From positions 31,248,001 to 31,312,000 of the forward strand of contig JAQFVV010000001.1 of assembly GCA_028023455.1 (NCBI GenBank): a stretch of 64,000 bases of DNA. The letters run 5' to 3'. Positions within the stretch are counted from its first letter, which is position 1; each line of letters starts with the position of its first letter. A program made the translations under genes and the position numbers. The stretch comes from Epiperipatus broadwayi. Taxonomy: Eukaryota > Animalia > Onychophora. Below, one piece after another: positions 54,400 to 64,000 of this stretch. The notes beneath the pieces were generated by a model. The model made no database searches and was not told where the DNA came from. It worked only from the letters and a program-made list of their open reading frames with translations.

Positions 54400-55600
54400 A
54401 TGCTATATAAAGAGCTCGCAAATAAGCTCTTAACAAGCTTTGCAGAATATCTCTAATGCCAGTCTGTTTTCTGCTACTGGCTTATTTTCAAGCTCTTTGT
54501 ATAACATTTGTAATACAAGCTTATTTAAATTAGGTCATGTGACATCTGACTTGATTTTTTTTTGTAATGATATTTTAGAAGTATGAACATCTGCATGTTA
54601 ATGCGTGGGTTGAGTATGGAACATATGAAGCTAATGGATTTCTCTTAACCATCTTGTCTGTATTATATCTTGTTCAGAGCAGTAACTTTAGTTATGTTAT
54701 TATAACTTTATTTGTAATGATTGTTGAAATTTAATCCATCTTTAGAATGTTTTTACAAAATTTTAACACTTAATCCATGACCCATTTATCAAGTTGTAGT
54801 GTCAAAATCTATAAATGTTTCCTGTGTGGAATATCCATCATCATTTCATTTAGAGTAATGAATAATTTGACACATCTGTTCTCTATATGAGATATCAAGT
54901 GTACAATCAAACATAATTGAATAATACTTTTCTGATTTGATTCTAGAAATAATATTATTTTTTTTAACAAGATTTGATAATAAATCGATGAATTCATTCT
55001 GAATATTTTTAGAAAAATATTTGTTCCCTTAATCACTTCAAAAGTAACTTTTCAAAGTAGGATTATATTGACTAATCACTTCTATAAAATTCAAAAATAT
55101 TCAGTTATCATGATTATTAATTTTATTAGGATTATCTTATAATAGCAGATTATTAGTAGCATAAAACAAAACAGTCTAAAATTATTTTTAAAACATGTTT
55201 CCAATATTTTGTTTTACTTTTTATTTTATTTTTTTTGGTGATGATCATATTATTTAATTTTAATGCCTTTTTAAAATTTTTCCATTCAAGAAATTTTTTA
55301 CATGTTCACTTGAGTTTTCATGTTCAGGAATTCTGGGGTCTAAATGTTTTCCATGATGAAATCCTTTTTTGCTATTTGACAGACTATTTAAAAGTGCAAC
55401 TTTCTTACAAAAAAGCATGCAAGGAAAATGAAAATATTTTGACAATTTTATGACTAAATGTTAATCATGATCTTTCCATTTTCTCACTGTTTACAATTTT
55501 CTTCATAAACCATAAGTTTGAAAAATATCTTGTGCCTAAATAAGTTATACTTGGAGAAATATTTTTTTTTTTTGTGATGGACCACATTGTATTAAATAAT
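54400..55600 (-). pseudogene. hAT-superfamily (ZMYM1/TTF-zinc-finger type) transposase remnant
   Basis: Minus strand, in order: TRYFSNLWFMKKIVNSEKMERS*LTFS; FPCMLF; KGFHHGKHLDPRIPEHENSSEHVKN; FSKNIQNEFIDLL; KYYSIMFDCTLDISYREQ (first catalytic D, ~54900); NPLASYVPYSTHAL (CxxH-like). Confidence 0.82.
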
Positions 55601-55883
55601 CATTGAAGATGATGAAATTGGATTGTTTAAATCAAAATTAAAAATTGATATTTCTTTATGCATTTCTTGAACATTTTTTATTTTCTGCTAATCTTGCATA
55701 TTTTGAAATTTGTTTTTTTTTCAATAATAATACTTGTTTTGAATATCAGAGATAAAAACTACAATGGATAGTAGATCTTTTTGGTATCAATTTCACTGTG
55801 TTGTTCTTAAAGAGTTGAGAATTGAACTTCTTCAACATTGCTTTAAATAATATTTTAATTTTCCAAGCACAGATAGTTGAAAA

Positions 55884-56123
55884 TTGAAATAAATTGAGAT
55901 CCAGCTGAAACTCACAGCACTCGTTAAAATACATATACGACAGCCAATCAGAATGTCTTGATAGCCATCTAAACAACAATAAAATCCAAACACACTCATA
56001 AAATCTTTGTTGTGTGTTTGGATTTGATTGTTGTTTAGATGGCTATCATGACATCCTGATTGGCTATCGTATATGTATTTTAATGAGTGCAGTGAGGTTC
56101 AGCAGGATCTCAATTTATTTCAA
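55884..56123. mobile_element. 240-bp palindromic MITE-like element (112-bp arms, 16-nt loop)
   Basis: 55884-55995 pairs with 56012-56123, with several mismatches. Each arm carries agccaatcag. Confidence 0.85.
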
Positions 56124-57475
56124 CATTGCTTTGTGTATATGTATTCCATTTTAGAAAAACCTGAGAGTTGATCTTTTTTTTTATTAGGAAAGACTGCAGT
56201 ATTTCACTCCATCTTTTATTTTCACTTTTATACTGGGTTCTTTGCTTTTGAAATTCAAATTCTGATTTTTTTTATCATTCTATCACTCTTTCACAAAACT
56301 GTAAAATATATGTATTATGTATCCATTTAAGCATATATAAATTATGTGAATTAGTTTTTCACTTGGCTCAAAATAATAATAAAACTTAATGATAATGACA
56401 ATAATTACCACAATCATATGATTTTTACAGTCCATGTATGTGTATGCTGTAATAATAGTTGTCACAAGATTGATGAAAAGGATGTTTTCTATTATTTGAA
56501 TCAATATCAACAACCAAATACACTTGAATTTAGGATGAATTATCTACAAGTCAATAATGTCTCATTTATAACACAATGTATAGAAAGAAATTGAAATAAA
56601 AATTATACAATTATCTGTTTTTATATTAGTAATAATATTTATGTTTTTTTTTCTTTAAAAAGAATTCACAAGTTATTTTGGTTCCTCATACTGCGTGGTG
56701 CCTTGGGTCTGCCATCTATCAGCTCTGAATATAACTGAGTATTCATGCAGATGAACTGCTTACATGCTATGTATTTTCTTATGGGAGCATATTTTGAATA
56801 TATAGTATTTAATTATTTAATAAAATAGTGCTTTTGGTTAAGGTTGAAAACTTAAAACTAATTTATCAATTTTTAATACTATCTATGTTTGTATTTTTTT
56901 GCACAATTTTTTGTTTTTAATATCTAGTATATAATAATATTGAATCTCGATATAAAGAATCCTTTAAGATTCACGTTATAATTTTAAACACTGAGTTACT
57001 AGAATAAATTATTAAAGGATGGCAAATAATTATAACATTAATTTATTAAAAAGAATATTAGTTTCTTTTTTCATTCAATTTGGATACTTTATGTTTTGGC
57101 TATAAATATTGATTTTTTTAACCCAATAAATTTTAATTGTTCTTTGTCTTCAACTTTTAGAAATATCTTTATTCTCTTTTTATTTTTAAGATTAAATTTG
57201 TCTCTTTATTATCACAATCCTATTGACAACTTCAGTTTTATTATTTATTTTAAATTGAGCTTACTTCTTTGCTTTGAGTTGAATGATAGTCAACTATTGC
57301 AACTTTTTAGAGGTAGCATGGATTTCAACACACATACATGTATGTATTGCTTATTATTTTATGATTTATTTTAATAACAAATTTTATTTCACCCTTACTC
57401 TGTAAATTACTGATAAGCTAAAATTAATAGCTGAGGTGAAACTTTAAGTTTATTATTAGTAAGCCTCTATTTTAT

Positions 57476-57520
57476 GGACTTAGCGCTTTCGGAGCCTTTG
57501 CAGTTCCATAATCATAGTTC
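57476..57520 (-). ncRNA. Minimal type I HHR of the PLE (degenerate core)
   Basis: GAACT ATGATTA T GGAAC TGCAAAG GCTCC GAAA GCGC TA AGTCC. Stem I is GAACT/AGTCC, stem II is GGAAC/GCTCC, stem III has a palindromic GCGC, and GAAA is intact. Confidence 0.7.
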
Positions 57521-58230
57521 TTTTTTTAGGCTGTTGACTCTATGCAAATACATGCAAATTTGCTTATAATATCCACCTTTTCGAAACCATGAAGCACGTG
57601 TCCTTTCTATTTATTGACCTGGCATCGCTGGTGATGTAACATGCCTCTTTGATCTTTCTCTTGACATCGTTTCTTTCTGTGCATATGATGTCAGCTTTAC
57701 ATGGCTCAAATCTGTGGTTGTGTTCCTGTTGATGGTCAGCAAATACTGAGCTTCCCTCTCTCTTAGTTGTACCTTTTGTATATATATATGCTGAGTCAGT
57801 CTATTGCTCACCATGGCCCGAGTTTCCCCATAATGGACCAAATCACAACCTGTCTGCAGGCACACAATTTTATAAACAACATGGAGAGTTTCTTCTATAT
57901 TTCTTTTGTCTTTAGTATTGTTGATGAGCCTATTGGTGTTTGGAGGAGTCCTGAATCCGAGTTTGAATTCCTTCTATAATATTTTACTGAAATTTTTAGC
58001 TACTGCAGGTATGTAGGGTATAGTCAGATGTTGTCTGTCATCTTTTGTGTTTTGTTGCAGTATTTTATAAAAGCTTGCAATCCTTTTGGTTATTGTTTTA
58101 TGATCAAAACCCATGCTTATTAAGTCCTTGATGCAGCTGGTGATGTTGTTTTTCTTATCTGACTCTAATTTGTACAGGTGGTGATTGTGAAATAAGAAGG
58201 CAGACTGCCCTGCAAGTTTCTGTGATTTAT
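57476..58230 (-). mobile_element. Penelope-like element 3' remnant (thumb, linker, GIY-YIG, terminal HHR)
   Basis: NITSCIKDLISMGFD (~58090-58140), LPYIPAVAKNFSKIL (~57980-58021), VVYKIVC..GCDLVHYGETR..VSNRLTQH (~57790-57880), then an HHR at 57476-57520. Confidence 0.85.
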
Positions 58231-59329
58231 TTTACTATATTTGTGATTTTTATTGACTTATTGTTTTTACTTTTATAATTATTATATTATAAAGTGACTT
58301 TTTTATATAGAATTTTTATCATTTTTAATAGGTAATCATTAAACATATATTATTTTATATTTCTATATATTTATTATAAGTTATTTATACAATAATAATC
58401 ATGAGGAATAGTTTCAAATTTTAAGTTTAATCATAATCATACAACTTTTTTCGTTGTATTTATTGTATCAAACATATTAATGCTGCTCCCTTACTTAATA
58501 TTAGCTTAAACACATTCCTTATAAGTTTATAAAATTCTACAATAGGACTCTTTTTATTCCAGCTGTATTATGTAGTTTCATTAATTTCCTATATTGATGA
58601 CTTGATATTGATTTTTATGAATATAAAGAAATCGAACGCTTAACATTGAGATACTTCAAAATATTCAGCAAGTTACTAGTTCTCCAATATCCCTAAATAA
58701 GCCACAGTCTTGTCAATTATCATCTAGGCAGAAAACTACTGAAGTGTTTAGAAAAATAATTTTTTTATATATTTCCATTATTTCATTTATTTATATTTCA
58801 GGGTTTTTTTTCCCATGAAATGTTAAAAATATTTTTTTTTTTAAATATATATATATAATTTGCCTTATTTCATTTTATGCACACATACATATGCACACAT
58901 GTACATTTGTGTAATGTGATATTTTTGCAATTTAAACATTCAGATATTAAATTAGTTCATCCACAAGATCTAACATGTTTGACGTTTAAATATATCATGT
59001 TTCTTTTTTTTAACATGTGATTCAACTGATATGAAGATGTGCATTAAAATCTCTATTGCAAACAACTTAGTATGACTGGGTAATATGTAAAATTTAAAAC
59101 ATCTAAGACCTTTGCCTCTGTTTTCATAATTTTATTTAGCATATAAATTTATTTTTTTATTTATTAGATAACTAAGTATTCACATATATTATAAAAAAAA
59201 TAATAAAAGATTTCAAACAGAAGATGAATGCCCCAATGGTTTTGTTAGGTGCTTTTTAATTCTGCTATTTATTTTATTTATTTCTTGTATAGATTTTTTT
59301 AAACATCTTAACTATTAAAGAATATCATA

Positions 59330-61330
59330 AAGAAATCTGTAGCGATCCCAATCAAGTAATACATTGACCAATGATAGTAAAGTCTAATTCAGCCACTACA
59401 GCTCTAAATTTGGCAATCACTGACTGTTTGATCATAGATTGTATTTGTCCATATTTATATAGAACAATGGCTGATAGATTCATTTATGAAGCAGATGAAT
59501 GTAACAATTCATAGATTATCTGAATCTGTTGCTAATATTCCAGTTTCATCTAATTCCATGAAATCCATCTAGCTTTGTTATTGCATGAAATTTGTTTATA
59601 AGAGCATAATCATTTCATTTTGATACCATAACTCTTTGATTGTAGATTTCATCAAAATCCAAAAAGGGGATATTGATTTTAGATGAGTTTTAGGGTTGAA
59701 ATTACATCTTGAGTAATTTATGAGTCTGGTTCACTCAAAAGCTTTTCATACATTTTCAATGAAGCGGTTTGTCTTCTGATATCTGGCAGAGGAATCTGTA
59801 AAAAACAGGAGTACATTTGAGTGTACCAGATTTTTCATAATATTTAATTGAGTATCTAGAAATTTAGTAAACTTTTTATTCAAACATTCACCAGAAGAAT
59901 ATCCATCATAACCAGAAGAAATGTCAGTTGGTTTCTAGGAAGGTTATTAATTTTTAACTAACCTTAGCTAAATGAAAAAAAAAAATAGATATGAGATAAT
60001 ATTATTCCTAAATAGCATCTATAGTTGCAAAAAGTTATATTTCATTATGAGATGATTCCCTTTATTTCTTTGAAAAAATGAGTATATTGTCTTCATTAAA
60101 TTAGGAATAAGACCTTAATCTTGAAGTAAGATTTCCAATCTTTTCATATTTCTATTGATGGACTTTTTTGAGAAATCAAAGCATTATCTTCACTATAAAT
60201 AAATTTCCTGAAATTGCTTCAGAAAGACTATTACTAAATAAAATAGGTGGGAAAATTGAAATCTATGGAATATTCTTTCTGTAAAATTTTGTATCAGCTA
60301 TGATTACCATTTAACATCACTTATAACTTTTATAAACTTTTAAAAAACATTCTTTCAAACAAAATCATAAATGGAAGGAGATCAATGAAAGTAATAACAA
60401 TTTATTTATTTTAAAAGCCATTGTCAGTATAAGTTTTAAAAATAAAACAACTTCATTGTAGCTTTTTCAAAGCCTGAACTAGGTTATTATTTAAATAAAA
60501 GTTCTCTGTTATTGGGAAAATTCTAATCAATATAATTATTTTAAATGACTTGTAAGTAATACATAAAAATGATGGTGAACAATACTTTATGGGATTATTG
60601 CTAGCTTTATTTGTTTTTGAAACTGCTTAGTTTTGTTTTTAAGCTATAATTTTGGAGAAATTTCTGAAGCATTTTTTTATCCATTCTTTGACTTTAGATC
60701 CTAAATATATTTTTACAAACTCTGGAAGTATATTGTTTGCACCTGAGGCTTTATATGATTTGACATAATCAAGGGCAAATTCAAGTTAATCAACATCTAA
60801 AATAATTTACTAGATTGATATTTATTAGAAAAACTTTGTGAAGAAAAGCTTGAAATTTTGCTCTAATGATGTTTTTTTTTACATACTATCAATCTTGGAT
60901 TTAATGACATAGTTTTTTAGTGATATCGTTACATTTACTAAACTTTTATAAAAGAAACCTGCTCTTATGACTAGATCTTATAAAATTTTGTATCTCCATG
61001 ATCTCTCTTTACTTTTCCTATCTGTTATCATTCAGTGATTTTACAAATTTTTCAGCACTTTCTGGATTTTTGATAGATAAACATTGCTGTAAAAATTTCT
61101 TCTGGATTTGTTCCAACCTGGAATGAATTGATTTCAATATTCATGAAGAATTGACTTTTTAGTGATTGCTATTTTATTAATGTTCTTTTCAAGATATTCA
61201 GTATATTGTTTCCAGTTGTCTTTCCATAAATTTCCATTTTGTAACATTTTCAAATTCAGGAATGTGGTGTACAAGAACAATACTTGGTTTATGTTGATTA
61301 TGAAAGAAATGTTACAATATGATTAATTTA
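59330..61330 (-). pseudogene. APE-type LINE RT remnant (RTE-X/I-group-like; clade uncertain)
   Basis: LEFALDYVKSYKASGANNILPEFVKIYLGSKVKEWIK (~60680-60790), FIDL (~60380), FIYSEDNAL (decayed YADD, ~60180-60205), GLIPNLMKT, YLGIIL and a C-terminal G.IQSM..SDC. Confidence 0.72.
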
Positions 61331-61671
61331 GCTGATAGCACTAAACATTTTGTGTCAAAACAAACATCAACCAGGAATTATTTTTATTTCTCATTTGATT
61401 TGATTGGAATCTTATTCTGTGTTTAGCATCATAAAGTAAGACAGTATTGTCAAAATTCATCATTCTAAAAGTTGACAATGATTCTTATTCACATATTTCT
61501 ATTATGAGAAATAAAATAACTGATAAATGCAGATGGTATAAATGAGAAAAATATTACATGACTCTCCTACATGACTCCAACCTACACAATGCTATTTTAG
61601 ACCTAGTCAGTAATAAATGTAAGATGATAGTGCTTAATAAATTCCTTTACTTTTCTTTTCTATCCAATATC

Positions 61672-61709
61672 TCCAGACTAATTTTAAATTTGTGGATTTT
61701 ATCAATGAG
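61672..61709 (-). ncRNA. Minimal HHR motif, family B (heavily degenerate)
   Basis: CTCA TTGATAA AATC CACAA ATT T AAAA TTAG TC TGGA. Confidence 0.4.
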
Positions 61710-62128
61710 GGCTTTCAATGTTGAAACAGTGCAAATGGATCTTTAGTATCTAATGCATCTTATTTCTAGCATTCATCATTTACTTTTCTGATAAACTATC
61801 AGTCTATCAGCTCAAAATGAAACATATAAAGTTTTCAATCCTAGCCAATTTTCTTGTATACTCATATAGATCTAAAACTAGTTCAGTTTCTATATATGGT
61901 GTCCTTAGTTTTTTTATATCAAATATAGGAAGGTCTATCTTGTGGTCAGGAATTGGTATTAACTAATAAAATATCACATGACTCCATTACATGACTACAG
62001 TTCACATATTGCTGTTTTAGCTGCATATATTTATCTTTCATTATCTTCATGCCCTAATTTTAATAACCAATAGATGCCAGATGATAGTGTTTAATAAGTC
62101 CATATTCTATGTTGTCCTATCCAATACT

Positions 62129-62164
62129 CCCAGACTAGTCTTAAGCCTGTCTTTCATCAGTGAA
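62129..62164 (-). ncRNA. Minimal HHR motif, family B (degenerate)
   Basis: TTCA CTGATGA AAG ACAGG CTT AAGA CTAG TC TGGG. Confidence 0.52.
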
Positions 62165-62506
62165 AAGATTTTGATCTTGGAATAGTGAGTAGCATAGAGA
62201 TGGTGAAAAATGTATGCTGGTAAAACAACAATATTTAAACTGGAGTCATGTGATAATCCTGAAATACTTTATTAGTTTATACCAAATAGTGACTACAGAA
62301 TGGAGATATCTATAGCTGTTAAAAAACTAAGAACACCTTATAATATATAAACTAAACTGTCTTTAGATCTATATGACTATACAAGTAAGTCAACTAGGAT
62401 TAAAAACATTTATATGTTTCTTTAATTTGTGTTGTTGATTGTATATCAGAGAAGATGGTGATGATTGACAAAGAAAATTGCATTAAATGCTAAGGATCCA
62501 AAGCTT

Positions 62507-62544
62507 CTCATTGATGAAAGTTATAATGTTAAAATTAATCTGGA
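62507..62544 (+). ncRNA. Minimal HHR motif, family B (heavily degenerate)
   Basis: CTCA TTGATGA AAGT TATAA TGT T AAAA TTAA TC TGGA. Confidence 0.4.
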
Positions 62545-62896
62545 AATAGTTTCTAAAACTTAGGGACTGTATGATAAAAATGAAAAAAGAGAAATATAGA
62601 AAGTTTAGGAAGTTTGTAAATACTTCATTTATAAAAAATCTCTATTTATTTTATGATTAAGATATCATGCAAACTATCTTTAATGGAAGTTATTTGCTTT
62701 ACAAATATTTGAAATAAATGTGATTGTTCTATGTTTACAATGCAATCTTTCAATAATCAATGTAAATCCGGGGTTTTTAAAAAGATATGCATTATAAAAA
62801 GAATAATGCATTTTCTGATGTACTTATATCAATGTTGATCTGAACAATTAATTTAGAATAATTGTAAAATTCACAAGTTCTTTTATAAGTGTCATA

Positions 62897-62960
62897 GCAT
62901 CGGCCGGGACGCGAACCCGCAACCCGGTCAACTGCCTGCAAGTGCAAGGCAGTCGCGCTG
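62897..62960 (-). pseudogene. 5'-truncated tRNA-like fragment (Ala-TGC-like), or tRNA-derived SINE head
   Basis: Minus strand: anticodon-like arm GACTGC..GCAGTT enclosing CTTGCA duplicated in tandem, then T-arm-like GGGTTCGCGTCCC. No D-arm. 8 CpGs in 64 bp. Confidence 0.5.
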
Positions 62961-64000
62961 ATTTTTTTATAAATCACTACTGTAAGATTTGAAATAGAAA
63001 CAAAAAATGTAACTATTATTATATAAAATACTAAAATTTTATTTCAAAACACATCTAATGGATATGTAATTTAAGAGTAATTCAAAAGTTTATTTATCTC
63101 AGCATGAATGAATACAACGTTAATTATTTTCTATAAATTCTAATTTTGATTTTTTTTTTTGCCTAAATAAAATAAATGTTTATCAAAGTCTTACACATTA
63201 AAAATTATACATGGTAAAATCAGATTTGTTTTTGCTTTTATTCAAATAAATAAAAGTTTAAAAAATTATTTATTAATTCATTAACAATTAAGAAAAATAG
63301 TTCAAGATAATGCATTGCAAATAAATGTATTTTTTATTGTTTTGTCATCCTAATATTACGAATGTATTGCCAAATATAATGTTATTTTACCTTTTTTTTA
63401 AAATTGTAAACATAGTTGAATAAACCTGTTTTTGATATACTATTACGAATTAATTTATCGTACATATATTTAAAGCCTAGAAATCGACACACACGTTGAA
63501 AGCATACTGGGTCTCTTCCCTACTTGACTAAATTTTTTCCCCCATAAATATACATTTTATTATTATTAATTGCACATTATCTTTAAGGGTATCATTATAT
63601 ATAAATGAACATTATACTCATGGTCTAGTACTAGTTGATTCTCAAAATAAATAATTTGATTATTTATAATAAAAACTATAATAATAATAATATACATGAA
63701 GTTTCATTACATTAAGTTTTTTTTTTTTAATTTGCATATATATATTCTTAAATAAAATATGCCAATTTTAAGTAGTAAATAATTAATTACAAAGTTAAGC
63801 ATAGTCAAATAATTAATATTTTTATGTGTCGTAATCTTGTTTTTGAATCTAGAATCTATAAACAACTCAACAATTATTTTAATTAATTAATCTTTATGTT
63901 TGTGAATTTTAATATATTTATAAATATTTGTAAAGACAGAAGAAATATCTGGATGTTTTTTTATTTTTTTTGCTTTTTCATAAGCCACTCTGAAAATATT

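Larger units (their letters stand above)
61545..62555. mobile_element. Family B locus: tandem monomers (~420-460 bp period) plus an inverted copy, three HHRs
   Basis: aatat.acatgactc at ~61551 and ~61971. HHRs at 61672 (-), 62129 (-) and 62507 (+). ~61655-61990 is the reverse complement of ~62240-62555. Confidence 0.75.

Overview
Very AT-rich (roughly 25% GC by eye), CpG-depleted eukaryotic DNA, most likely from an invertebrate animal (inference). It has no prokaryotic genes, rRNA or CRISPR array, and no host gene can be called with confidence. The window is a graveyard of decayed transposons: three Penelope-like (PLE) RT/GIY-YIG remnants, several LINEs (RTE, an R2-superfamily RLE element, two other APE-type LINEs), a mariner and a hAT. 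It also holds microsatellites and at least nine inverted-repeat (foldback) structures. The main hidden signal is a set of type I hammerhead ribozyme (HHR) motifs. Family A is a 474-481 nt monomer with a tRNA-like Pol III box and an HHR (4 motif copies at 2 loci), resembling retrozyme/Sm-alpha elements. Family B is a roughly 420-460 nt monomer with a minimal CTAG-palindrome HHR (8 motif copies at 4 loci). Both families occur as tandem plus head-to-head inverted copies. Three more degenerate HHR motifs sit at the ends of two PLE remnants. Each individual motif copy is mutated; the intact ribozymes are consensus reconstructions made by eye, and the boundaries of decayed TEs are approximate.
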